Assembly (NCBI GenBank): GCA_007122335.1
Contig: SKTZ01000029.1
Location: forward strand, 5,593 to 69,592
DNA from: Bacillota bacterium
GTDB lineage: Bacteria; Bacillota; Halanaerobiia; B1SED10-174
Length of the DNA: 64,000 nucleotides
Reading direction: 5' to 3'
Shown here: piece after piece, positions 1-8,916 of the stretch
Layout: each line of letters starts with the position of its first letter
Numbering within the stretch: position 1 is the first letter of the stretch
Program-made: the position numbers and the translations under genes
Notes under the pieces: model-generated
Seen by the model: the letters and a program-made list of their open reading frames with translations, nothing else
Databases searched by the model: none
Told to the model about the DNA's origin: nothing

Positions 1-394
1 GGAAGTGTTAATAATATTCAGTTCGGCTCCCCTGAGTATCCATAAATTTTCAACTTCCGGGGGGATCTGTAACATTGCTCCCATTAAATAATGGTGGGGA
101 CCCCCGGGAATGGAAGGACCATGTTCGGTAATTCCCAGGACCGAGAGGCCTGCTTTTTGGGCTGCGAAAACATTTTCCTGCACCGTACTGAAACCATGCC
201 CGCAGGCAACAGTATGGGTATGCAAATCAGCAATCAATTTCAATTTTCCCACCTACTCATTATTTATTATTAAGAAACTTCGCGGAGAAAGAATTTGCTC
301 CTGCTTGAAAAAAGCTAGGGCAGGGTCTGGGGAAGGAAAATTGATTTTTTTAGAGAAGAAGAACTTAATTAAAGTGGTAAAGGGGGTAATTTAT

Positions 395-844
395 TTGAAT
401 TTGGAAGAGAAACTTGCACCAGAATTTTCTTTGCCTGGAACGGATGGTAAGGACCACAGCCTGGAAGATTACAGGGGTAAGAAGATTGTTCTTTACTTTT
501 ACCCCAAAGATAATACCGGGGGCTGAACCAAAGAAGCCATCTCTTTTAGGGATCGGCATCAGGCTCTGGAAGAGCTTAATACCGTAGTACTGGGAGTTAG
601 CAAGGATGGAATGGCTTCTCACCACAGGTTTAGGGATAAATATGACCTACCATTTGTTTTGCTTTCTGATACCGAAAAAGAGGTCCTCCAACGGTACGGG
701 GTTTTAAATGAAAAAGGAGGGACTGTGCGCAGCACTTTTGTAATTGATGAAGAGGGTCTGGTAATTAAAGAATACAGGAAGGTTAAGGTCGAAGGGCATG
801 CCGAAGAAGTTTTAAATTTAATTCGAGATCAGAAGAAGTTTTAA
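395..844 (+). CDS. bcp: Bcp/PrxQ-type peroxiredoxin, putative selenoprotein (in-frame TGA 524-526 at the peroxidatic Cys position read as Sec)
   Basis: Track ORFs 110..526 and 611..844 share one frame and 527-610 has no stop. Translation reads LYFYPKDNTGG-[TGA]-TKEAISF..., which matches the Bcp active-site motif FYPKDNTPGCTKEA with TGA where the Cys codon is expected. The downstream part (MASHHRFRDKYDLPFVLLSD...GVLNEKGG...) is a typical Bcp C-terminus. Start placed at TTG 395 after AAGGGGG; start uncertain. Confidence 0.6.
536..576 (+). promoter_or_regulatory. putative bacterial SECIS-like stem-loop downstream of the bcp TGA (fold not resolved)
   Basis: Complementary segments CTCTT(541-545)/AAGAG(570-574) and AGCC/GGCT lie 15-50 nt after the TGA. 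Position is right for a bSECIS, but the structure is only hand-inspected. Confidence 0.2.
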
Positions 845-871
845 AAGGATAATTTATTTAATCAGAAAAAT

Positions 872-1225
872 ATGGGAGTTGATTTTTTGGGAAGAAAGGC
901 AATTTTTTGCACCGGGGATAAGCTGGGAAGAGGAGAGGAAGAACTGGGGAAAACACTGCTTCGCAATTTCTTTTATTCAATTGGGGAGGGAGATAACCAT
1001 CCCGATGCCGTTATTTTTATGAACAAAGGTGTTTACCTGGCCCAGGAAACATCAGAAATTGCCCTTTCACTGAAAAAGCTAGCCCAAAAGGGGGTTAAAA
1101 TCCTGGCATGCGGGACCTGCCTGGATTATTATGGGTTGAAGGATAAACCTCTAATTGGTGAGGTTTCCAATATGCATAGTATTACTGATATCCTGGGAGA
1201 ATCGGAACAGGTGGTGACAATCTGA
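872..1225 (+). CDS. DsrE/DsrF-like family protein
   Basis: 117 aa with a DsrE-like pattern (KAIFCTGDKLG...AVIFMNKGVYLAQE...ILACGTCLDYYG). Lies immediately downstream of the putative Sec-Bcp. Confidence 0.45.
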   Translation: MGVDFLGRKAIFCTGDKLGRGEEELGKTLLRNFFYSIGEGDNHPDAVIFMNKGVYLAQETSEIALSLKKLAQKGVKILACGTCLDYYGLKDKPLIGEVSNMHSITDILGESEQVVTI

Positions 1226-1470
1226 TGATCTGGATTATTGTTCTTGTAATTATCGTAATCCTTGCCCTGGTGTTTTTTTCTCCAGCTCAGAAGGAAAAAA
1301 GGAAACACGGTCAAATAAAAAAGCAGATCCAGAGAAAAATGAGAGTAAGTGAAGAGCGAGCAGATGAATACATTCGGGATATGAAGGGGAGGCTTAAGAA
1401 AAAATACCCCGGAAAAAGTGATCAGTGGTATCTTGAAAAAATTTTGTCTGACCTGGAAAGAGGAAGATAA
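1225..1470 (+). CDS. small hypothetical protein with N-terminal TM helix and basic C-terminus
   Basis: ORF track. ATG overlaps the upstream stop (ATGA). Hydrophobic N-terminus. Confidence 0.35.
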   Translation: MIWIIVLVIIVILALVFFSPAQKEKRKHGQIKKQIQRKMRVSEERADEYIRDMKGRLKKKYPGKSDQWYLEKILSDLERGR

Positions 1471-1493
1471 CCCACCTGCGGGTGGGTTTTTTT
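1471..1493 (+). terminator. rho-independent terminator
   Basis: CCCACC-TGCG-GGTGGG hairpin followed by TTTTTTT. Confidence 0.75.
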
Positions 1494-1548
1494 ATGAAAT
1501 AAGAAGGGAAAATTTTCCATAAATAGAAATTAATTTAGAGGTGGTTCA

Positions 1549-4209
1549 ATGGACAAGAACCTGATTTTTACAATCCTGCAGAGCACTCCATCCCGGTATT
1601 TCCGGGCTGACTGGCAGAAAAATTTTCAACTCCTGTTTTTAAGGGTTTTAAAAGAAAAAAACCTTGTTCTGGATAAACTAAATGGGCTGTTGCTAGAGGG
1701 GAGTAAAGATTTATTGGAACTCGAGGCTGTCCTGGGAAAGCTATCGGGGAAAAACCCAAAGGAAAGAACAATTCTTTCAGGACAAGGTAGCGGGGCAGGA
1801 AATAAAAGGCATAAAGAAACTGTGATCATTGGTGCTCCCCGGCCCGAGGCAGATTTTTTTGAATTAAAGCCCGAACTCCTGGTTTTTTCACATGTTCCAA
1901 TTGCTCAGAAGAGGTTGATGCTGGAAAAAGGGTACGGGGAAATTTTCCAGGCAGGCACCAAAAATCTTCAAGTCCGTTTCTTTTTACGTAAGGATTTTTG
2001 GGGGAAGGTTTTCCTCCCCGAATTTGGGGGGATAACAACTTTCTTTCCGAAAAAAGCATTGTTAGAAGAACTTGCAAAGAGAATTTGGGGTTTCCCTGAT
2101 TTGAAGCCAGAGCAGTACCGCTTAATCAAACAGATTTTCCAAAAAAGAAAGGCTCTGGGTATTTTGCCAACCGGAGCGGGCAAATCAATCTGTTTTCAAC
2201 TTCCAGCCCTTTTATTCTCCGGCACATCTATTGTTGTGGCTCCTCTTAAGTCTTTAATCCAGGACCAGGTTACTAACTTACAAAAGGAAGGAAGGGGCTT
2301 TTGGGCCGATTTTTTAGATAGTTCGCAAAACCCGGCAGAAAAAAAGCGAGTTTTACATAGGTGGATGAATGGAGAATTAAAAATTCTTTACCTTGCCCCG
2401 GAAAGGCTTCAGCAGAAAAAATTCCAGGAATTATTAAAAAGAAGGGGGAGAAAAAGGCAGGGTTTTTTTGTCATTGACGAAATCCACTGTGTTTCTGAGT
2501 GGGGACATGACTTTCGTCCCGCTTATCTCCAGCTGGCTAATAGCCCTTTGCAAAAAAATAACCGCGGTTTGATTGGGTTAACTGCCACTGCTCCAGGTCG
2601 CGTCCGACAGGAACTGAAAAATTTTTTTTGTTTTAATAATTGTGATGTAATTGAAACAGATGAAATGGACCGGCCTGAAATCGGTTTGCAGGTTAAGTTG
2701 ATAAAAGAGGGCCAGGAAAGGTTTCAGGTTTTAAAGGATATCCTGGAAAATAATCTGCCAGAATTTTTTGGAATTGATCGGGAAAAGTTTTCCAGGAAAA
2801 ATGCGGGTGTTATCTTTGTACCTTATGCCCAGGCAGAAGGAAAAACCACCCGGCAGGCGAGTACAAAAACTCTTAAAACCCGCCTTGAAGACGAAGGTCA
2901 TGAAGTATTGTCCTACCACGGGAAACTGGGTGAAATGGAGAAAAAAGTAGTTCAGGCAAACTTTTTAAAAAATAAGGTTTCCCTCCTTGTTGCTACAAGA
3001 GCTTTTGGTATGGGAATTGATAAGCCCGATATTAATTACACCATCCACTATTATGCTCCTGGGTCTTTGGAAGCATATTTTCAGGAACTGGGGCGGGCAG
3101 GAAGGGGTGGACAGAAATCCCTCTCTGTTCTCCTGTATAAACCAAGGCAAAAAAAATGCAGGGCGGAACAGAGGAGAAAGGGGGAATTGGAACCTTCTTG
3201 TTTGGGAAAATGGAAATGTAATTATAAAGAGGGGGAGCTTTGTGATTATGGAATTCAGTCCCGTTTCATTGAAAAACAGCATCCCTTACCCGGGGGCCAA
3301 AAGGGGCTATTTGATCAACTTTTGAGAGAAATTTATAAAAAAAGGGGAAAAAAGATTGAGCTTTCTATAGATATTTCGGACCAGGTTTTTATCCAGAAAT
3401 ACCTTTTCTTTCTTCAGGAAACAAAAATAATTGGTGATTATAATATTGTCTACTTTGAAGATGAAAGGTTAAACTTTCAGGTTGAAAAAAAGTTTACATC
3501 CTCCCCCGGGGAAAATGAATCCTTGTTTGCTGAGTATATTAAACAGGACCTAATCATAAAAAAACGCAGATATGCAGCCCTGGGTATACTGGAAAAATAT
3601 GTTTTGGAAAAAGAAAACTGCCGCAGGTCAATTCTTTTGGATTACATGGGCCAGGCCATTCAACCCGGCGCGAGGTGCGGTTTTTGCGATTTGGAAACCT
3701 TGAATACCAAGCGGGCCAGGTCGATTAAGGCCAGGGAATCAGGAGAGAGATTAGAAGCTGGGTTGGGTGTTTTTCTTGAAAAGGAGGACCTTCCTGTGGA
3801 AAGGATAGTTGAGGTTATTAAAAAGATCGAAGAATATGGGCAGCAAAAAAAGATTCGACCAATTGCAGAAAAAAAATTAAATGAAGATCCGTTTAATATC
3901 CCGGCTCTATTTATAGCGGGTTTGCTTGATTTTAAAAAGGAGGGGGAAATTGAGCTTTTACTTGAATGTATATCAGGTTTACAAAAAAGAGGGGATAATT
4001 TAGCAGTAATCAGTGTACTAAGCCATTTATTCGCCCACGATGAAGCTCTGGCGATCAGGGTGGTTGAAAAAACGAAAAACCGAAACTGGCTAGCTGTCTG
4101 CGGTTTTTTTATTAGCGATAAAAAAAACCGGAAAAAGTTTTCCCTGCTGTGTTTGAATAACTGGGGGAGGGAATTATTATTTTCCCTGGAGGGAAAGAAA
4201 CTTGGATGA
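1549..4209 (+). CDS. RecQ-family ATP-dependent DNA helicase with long N- and C-terminal extensions
   Basis: Walker A GILPTGAGKS, DEIH box (VIDEIHCVSEWGHDFRPAY) and LTATA motif. A RecQ-type 4-Cys zinc region follows the helicase core. Total 886 aa, with extra ~180 aa N-terminal and ~350 aa C-terminal. Confidence 0.8.
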   Translation: MDKNLIFTILQSTPSRYFRADWQKNFQLLFLRVLKEKNLVLDKLNGLLLEGSKDLLELEAVLGKLSGKNPKERTILSGQGSGAGNKRHKETVIIGAPRPEADFFELKPELLVFSHVPIAQKRLMLEKGYGEIFQAGTKNLQVRFFLRKDFWGKVFLPEFGGITTFFPKKALLEELAKRIWGFPDLKPEQYRLIKQIFQKRKALGILPTGAGKSICFQLPALLFSGTSIVVAPLKSLIQDQVTNLQKEGRGFWADFLDSSQNPAEKKRVLHRWMNGELKILYLAPERLQQKKFQELLKRRGRKRQGFFVIDEIHCVSEWGHDFRPAYLQLANSPLQKNNRGLIGLTATAPGRVRQELKNFFCFNNCDVIETDEMDRPEIGLQVKLIKEGQERFQVLKDILENNLPEFFGIDREKFSRKNAGVIFVPYAQAEGKTTRQASTKTLKTRLEDEGHEVLSYHGKLGEMEKKVVQANFLKNKVSLLVATRAFGMGIDKPDINYTIHYYAPGSLEAYFQELGRAGRGGQKSLSVLLYKPRQKKCRAEQRRKGELEPSCLGKWKCNYKEGELCDYGIQSRFIEKQHPLPGGQKGLFDQLLREIYKKRGKKIELSIDISDQVFIQKYLFFLQETKIIGDYNIVYFEDERLNFQVEKKFTSSPGENESLFAEYIKQDLIIKKRRYAALGILEKYVLEKENCRRSILLDYMGQAIQPGARCGFCDLETLNTKRARSIKARESGERLEAGLGVFLEKEDLPVERIVEVIKKIEEYGQQKKIRPIAEKKLNEDPFNIPALFIAGLLDFKKEGEIELLLECISGLQKRGDNLAVISVLSHLFAHDEALAIRVVEKTKNRNWLAVCGFFISDKKNRKKFSLLCLNNWGRELLFSLEGKKLG

Positions 4210-4504
4210 ATTAAAGAATTTACAGGAAGAATTTAGAGAAGTACTTGAAGAAATAAGGGAGAAAATCAAAAAATGGGATGGGAATTTCATTGAACTGGAA
4301 GAGTTGAAAATAAACCTTCAAAAGGATTTGGAGCAGGTGTCAAAGGAAAAAAAGGGAAGTAATAAAGAAACAATAGAAGGGTTTTATTTGCTAAAAAAGA
4401 GGCTGGAAAAACAGGAAAAAATTGTGCATGGATTGCAAAAAAGATGGGAGGTCATTCTTTTTTTTCAGCTTGTTCTTTTAATTGCCCTTATCTTTTTACT
4501 TTAA
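4202..4504 (+). CDS. hypothetical coiled-coil protein with C-terminal TM anchor
   Basis: ORF track. Charged heptad-like N-terminus. C-terminal hydrophobic stretch ILFFQLVLLIALIFLL. Confidence 0.3.
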   Translation: MDELKNLQEEFREVLEEIREKIKKWDGNFIELEELKINLQKDLEQVSKEKKGSNKETIEGFYLLKKRLEKQEKIVHGLQKRWEVILFFQLVLLIALIFLL

Positions 4505-4529
4505 AATTTTCAGGAAGGATCGATTGTTA

Positions 4530-5717
4530 ATGTTGAGGAAAAGCCTGCTTTTGAAAATTTTTGATGGAGCTTACATGCAGAGGTGGAATGATAAGCTTCG
4601 ACCGATGGAGTTAATTGAACTCGATAAACAGGCCCATAAAATGGTCGTTGCCTATTTCCTCGGGCAATTTTCTGAAGATAATCATGATTTCGACTGGATG
4701 GAATTAATTGAAGGAGGAATTTTTGATCTTTGCCAGCGCCTTGTTATTACTGATATAAAACCACCTGTTTTTTATAAAATCCGAGAAGATCGAGAAAAAT
4801 ACCGCAGGCTAAATGAATTCGTTATCCGGGAGATGGAAACCTACCTTACTCCTCTTGGAGACGACTTTTTTGACCGGTTTAAAAATTACCTTTTTAGAAA
4901 GGAAAATAATTCTACTCATAGAGTTTTAGAGGCTGCTCACAATTATGCATCTCGCTGGGAATTTTCCTTAATTGAAAACCTCAATCCTCAGGGCTTTGAA
5001 ATAGAGGAAATTAAGAAGAATTTCCGAGAGAGGTTAGAGAAATTTGCGGATTTACCGGGGATGATTGCCCTGGAAGAAAATGCGTCTTTTCGATCTTTTA
5101 TTGACCTCTGTGGCCATCTGAGATTTCAGGCTCGCTGGTCTCATTTGCACCGGGTTCCCAAAACCTCCGTTCTCGGTCATTCTCTTTTTGTTGCAATTTT
5201 AGCCTACCTTTTGACCATGGAAATTGGAGGTTGTGTACAGCGCCGCTACAACAATTTTTTTACCGGGCTTTTTCATGACCTGCCTGAGGTCTTAACAAGG
5301 GACATTATTTCGCCGATAAAAAAATCGATTGAGGGCCTTGATGATTTGATAAAAGAAATTGAGGTTGAGCAAATGGAAAAGGATGTGTACCCATTATTAC
5401 CAGAAGAATTGGTTCCCGAGCTTAAAATGTTTACCCAGGATGAATTTTCCAACCTTGTGACAGTTGAGGGCAAGCCAAAAAAGGTAAACACGGCCCAGGA
5501 AATCAGCCAATTTTTTAATGAGGCTTCCTTTAACCCCAGGGATGGAGAATTACTTCGGGCTATTGATCGACTTGCTGCCTTTATTGAAGCCCGGGTTGCC
5601 CTGGAAAATGGAGGGGTTAGCGCCGAATTTCAGGAAGCAGCTATTTCCATTAAAAAAAGTTATTCAAACCAAAAAATCGCCGGAATTAATTTTGGCGAGA
5701 TCTTCGCGGATTTTTAA
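4530..5717 (+). CDS. HD-domain phosphohydrolase, YfbR-like with a large internal insertion
   Basis: The N-terminus (LLKIFDGAYMQRWNDKLRPME) and the LFHDLPEVLTRDIISPIKK segment resemble YfbR-type 5'-deoxynucleotidase motifs (HDxxE...D). They are separated by ~200 extra residues. Start moved to ATG 4530 (RBS AGGAAGGA). Confidence 0.55.
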   Translation: MLRKSLLLKIFDGAYMQRWNDKLRPMELIELDKQAHKMVVAYFLGQFSEDNHDFDWMELIEGGIFDLCQRLVITDIKPPVFYKIREDREKYRRLNEFVIREMETYLTPLGDDFFDRFKNYLFRKENNSTHRVLEAAHNYASRWEFSLIENLNPQGFEIEEIKKNFRERLEKFADLPGMIALEENASFRSFIDLCGHLRFQARWSHLHRVPKTSVLGHSLFVAILAYLLTMEIGGCVQRRYNNFFTGLFHDLPEVLTRDIISPIKKSIEGLDDLIKEIEVEQMEKDVYPLLPEELVPELKMFTQDEFSNLVTVEGKPKKVNTAQEISQFFNEASFNPRDGELLRAIDRLAAFIEARVALENGGVSAEFQEAAISIKKSYSNQKIAGINFGEIFADF

Positions 5718-5718
5718 A

Positions 5719-6258
5719 ATGAAAATTTTATTGGTCTATCGGGAGCAAAAACTGGGAGAAGAATTCAATAATAAGTTTTCCTGCGAGACCGGGGTTAAAA
5801 TCTTAAAAGGGGATATTTGCAGTTTGGTTTGCGATGCAATTGCGAGTCCTGGCAATTCTAAGGGAGATATGGGGGGAGGGCTTGATCTGGCTGTTCGGAA
5901 AAGATTGGGGCCGGGAATTGAAGATAAACTAAAGGCAAAAATAAACTCGAGGTTTGCGGGGAGAATTCCAGTGGGAGAAGCTGTTGTTCTACCTACGGGA
6001 GATCCCCTTATTCCCTGGTTTATTTCCGCTCCGACAATGGTTGAGCCCGGGGATATTCGGGGAACCAGAAATGCTGAAAAAGCAATGCTGGCGATTTTGG
6101 GGGAAGCTAAAAAGAATGGGGAAATAAAAAAAATAGCCATCCCCGGACTGGGAACCGGTGTTGGAGGTTTGTCGGCAAAAGGGGCTGTTAGCCAGATGTG
6201 GTCCGGTTATAAAAAATTTAAAAGTTTTGGGGGAGAAAAAAATGCGAATCAGATCTAA
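5719..6258 (+). CDS. macro-domain protein (ADP-ribose binding/processing)
   Basis: Motif ILKGDICSLVCDAIASPGNSKGDMGGGLDLAV... fits the macro-domain Gly-rich signature. Start taken at the internal ATG 5719 of track ORF 5518..6258. Confidence 0.65.
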   Translation: MKILLVYREQKLGEEFNNKFSCETGVKILKGDICSLVCDAIASPGNSKGDMGGGLDLAVRKRLGPGIEDKLKAKINSRFAGRIPVGEAVVLPTGDPLIPWFISAPTMVEPGDIRGTRNAEKAMLAILGEAKKNGEIKKIAIPGLGTGVGGLSAKGAVSQMWSGYKKFKSFGGEKNANQI

Positions 6259-7522
6259 AGCAGCCCGGGTTTTAATGGTCCTGTTCTTTTTTGTTATGAT
6301 TTTCTGCGTATTATCTGAAAACCAGGTCCTGGCCCAGAAGGCGGGAGTTTTGAGTTTTGAGGGAAGACTTCATTCCCGTTATCTTGATCTGGCCGGGAAT
6401 AAACTGGTTGTGATCCTGCTTGACCTGGGGCGTTTGGACCTGGTTAAACCCCGGGAAATGGATAGAATTTTGCAGGATTTTGGGATCCGGTATTACCGGG
6501 ATCTTCAGGCTGAAGAAGTAAAAATGATTGGTGAAAGAGCAGGCATCGACCTTTTATTCGCCGGTTTTATTGAAAACCTTGAGGTTTACTGGGACTCAAA
6601 TCAGAGGCGTTATAAAGCGGAAGTAGAAATAACTGTTAGAATATACAATACTATTTCCGGTGGAGTCATCAGGATTATTAACCAGAGAGGGTCGGCTTCT
6701 CACGGGAATCGTGAAGATGCCCAATTTCAGGCGCTGGAGAATTGTTTTTCCTCGAATTTTATTCGCCAACTTAGGGAAGAATTTTTACTAACCAGCACAA
6801 TAAAAGAAATTGAAAACGATGAGATTTACTTTTTTGGGGGTAGAGATTTAGGAGTTAAAATCGGTTCCCGGTATCAAATCCTGCAAAAGGTGGCAGGGAC
6901 AACCCAGTACAAACAAATTGGTCTCCTGGAAGTAATTAGTGTTGAAAATGATTTTTCCAGGGGCAAAGTTTTATATGCGAGGGAACCTCTGCAGCATGAT
7001 TACTTACTGGAAGAAATGGTTTCCAAATCCAGGTTTAAGTTAAATCTTGGTTACAGTAACATGCCTTTTAAGATGGATGGTAGTTCGGGCCGGTTAAATA
7101 TCCCGGGAATTAGAGTTGGTAACGAGGTTCCTTTCTCCCATTCCAGCAAGGTGCTATTGGAATTTGCCGGAGGAGGAGGGGCATTTATTTTTGATATTGG
7201 CGGAGTTCATGTCCGGGAATTTCCCATAACTCCCGGTAGTTTTTATGGTACGCTTGGAGGTAGTGCAGGTTTTTCCATGGGTATGGTGGAAGGCTGTGGG
7301 GAGGTTCTTGGTTCAGCAGGGATTTTTGGAGAATTACTTGCCGGAGTTAAATACTATCCCCGCCAGGAGCACGGAATGACCTTTTCCCTCGAAGGAGTTG
7401 GTCGTCTGGCTACACCCCTAACGCGCTGGCAGGATATAAATGAGGGGAATGTCTCACCTTGTGGTCCCAACTTGAGAACTTCAGGTTTGGGAATCCGAAT
7501 TTCAGTGGGTTTAGGGTTCTGA
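6242..7522 (+). CDS. exported hypothetical protein with signal peptide and Gly-rich C-terminal region
   Basis: N-terminal signal peptide MRIRSKAARVLMVLFFFVMIFCVLSENQVLAQ. No recognisable catalytic motifs. Confidence 0.45.
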   Translation: MRIRSKAARVLMVLFFFVMIFCVLSENQVLAQKAGVLSFEGRLHSRYLDLAGNKLVVILLDLGRLDLVKPREMDRILQDFGIRYYRDLQAEEVKMIGERAGIDLLFAGFIENLEVYWDSNQRRYKAEVEITVRIYNTISGGVIRIINQRGSASHGNREDAQFQALENCFSSNFIRQLREEFLLTSTIKEIENDEIYFFGGRDLGVKIGSRYQILQKVAGTTQYKQIGLLEVISVENDFSRGKVLYAREPLQHDYLLEEMVSKSRFKLNLGYSNMPFKMDGSSGRLNIPGIRVGNEVPFSHSSKVLLEFAGGGGAFIFDIGGVHVREFPITPGSFYGTLGGSAGFSMGMVEGCGEVLGSAGIFGELLAGVKYYPRQEHGMTFSLEGVGRLATPLTRWQDINEGNVSPCGPNLRTSGLGIRISVGLGF

Positions 7523-7593
7523 AATAGAGGGATTTTAGGAATTGAGTAGAAAAAATTAAGATAGAGAAAGTTTTACTTAAAGGAGGAAATGTT

Positions 7594-8628
7594 TTGTCCA
7601 AACTGCTCGGTCCTCTTACAATAAAAGGTCTTGAACTGCCCAATAAGGTGGTCATGGCTCCGATGTGCATGTACTGTGCTGGAGAAGAAGGACTTGTAAC
7701 TGACTGGCATCTTGCCCACTACGCTGCGCGAGCCATAGGTGGGGTGGGACTAATCATCCAGGAAGCTACTGCAGTTGAAAAAAGGGGAAGGCTGAGTCCC
7801 AACGACCTGGGAATATGGGATGATGACCAGATAAAAGGATTGAAAAAACTGGTTGACCTCGTCCATGAATTTGGGAGCAAAGCTGGAATTCAACTGGGGC
7901 ACGGAGGGAGAAAAGCCCGCCCTGGTAAAGGAGAAATAATTGGGCCAAGTAGCATTGCTTTTTCCGAGGACCATCAGGTTCCCAGGGAGATGGAAGAAAA
8001 AGAAATTAAAGAAGTTGTAAATGCTTTCAAAAAAGCCGCAGAAAGGGCCTGTGCTGCAGGCTATGATATTATCGAGTTGCACGGAGCCCACGGCTATCTT
8101 ATTCACCAGTTTCTTTCCCCTTATTCTAACCAGCGGCAGGATGATTATGGAGGAAGTTTGGATAATCTGCTGCGCTTTCCACTGGAAATAATTCAGGAAG
8201 TAAAAAAAATTTTGCCTTCCGATAAACTTTTAATGTTAAGGATTTCAGCAGTTGAGTATATCCAACAGGGCTATTCCTTTAATGATATGGTAAAAGCCGC
8301 TAAAATTTTCGCTGAGGTGGGAATAGATATCCTCGATGTGAGCACAGGTGGAGCAGGTCCTTCAGCACCCCGGACCTGGCCTGGGTTTCAGGTTCCCTAT
8401 GCCCAAAAAATCAGAGAGGAACTGAATGTTCCGGTTATAGCCTGTGGTCTTATAACCGATCCGGGAATGGCTGAAGAATTGGTTAGTAACAACCGGACCG
8501 ACCTTGTGGCCTTAGGCAGGGCACTTTTGCGTGATCCCAACTGGGTTCTAAATGCAGCTCGGGAACTTGGTATTCCTGGAAAAATTCCTTGGTCCTATGC
8601 TCGTGCCTATCCCGAGGATGTTAGATAA
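7594..8628 (+). CDS. namA: NADH:flavin oxidoreductase, Old Yellow Enzyme family (NamA/YqjM-like)
   Basis: LTIKGLELPNKVVMAPMCMY..HLAHY..LIIQEATAV..HGAHGYLIHQFLSP are OYE hallmarks. TTG start after AGGAGG. Confidence 0.85.
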   Translation: MSKLLGPLTIKGLELPNKVVMAPMCMYCAGEEGLVTDWHLAHYAARAIGGVGLIIQEATAVEKRGRLSPNDLGIWDDDQIKGLKKLVDLVHEFGSKAGIQLGHGGRKARPGKGEIIGPSSIAFSEDHQVPREMEEKEIKEVVNAFKKAAERACAAGYDIIELHGAHGYLIHQFLSPYSNQRQDDYGGSLDNLLRFPLEIIQEVKKILPSDKLLMLRISAVEYIQQGYSFNDMVKAAKIFAEVGIDILDVSTGGAGPSAPRTWPGFQVPYAQKIREELNVPVIACGLITDPGMAEELVSNNRTDLVALGRALLRDPNWVLNAARELGIPGKIPWSYARAYPEDVR

Positions 8629-8650
8629 AACATAAAAAAGGAGGGGGAGT

Positions 8651-8854
8651 ATGGAATTCAGAAAAATTTTGATGATTATTCTTGGGGTCATTTTTTTAAT
8701 TGTCCTTGTCCAGAATTTCCAAGCAATTACCGTTGAATTTCTTTTTTGGGAAATAGAGATTCCCCAGATAATTGTGCTGTTTCTTTCAGCTCTGCTGGGC
8801 TTTATTATCTGCTACATATGGCTGCATATAAGGGGACGAAGGCGAAGGATTTAA
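8651..8854 (+). CDS. small two-TM membrane protein
   Basis: ORF track. Strong RBS AAGGAGGGGGAG. Hydrophobic sequence. Confidence 0.4.
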   Translation: MEFRKILMIILGVIFLIVLVQNFQAITVEFLFWEIEIPQIIVLFLSALLGFIICYIWLHIRGRRRRI

Positions 8855-8916
8855 ATTATCTTATTCTTTAGTTTTTTATGTCTTTGATTATAAGTACGTC
8901 CGGAAGGAGGTTTGGG

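Noticed and set aside
91-273. 60-aa ORF at the window start
   Set aside because: Overlaps the other small ORF and upstream region. No RBS or motif. The window edge prevents assessment.
110-844. Split bcp ORFs (110..526 and 611..844) as a pseudogene
   Set aside because: Both parts are in one frame with a single TGA exactly at the catalytic Cys codon, and the genome demonstrably uses Sec (fdhA). Read-through as Sec is more parsimonious than a nonsense mutation.
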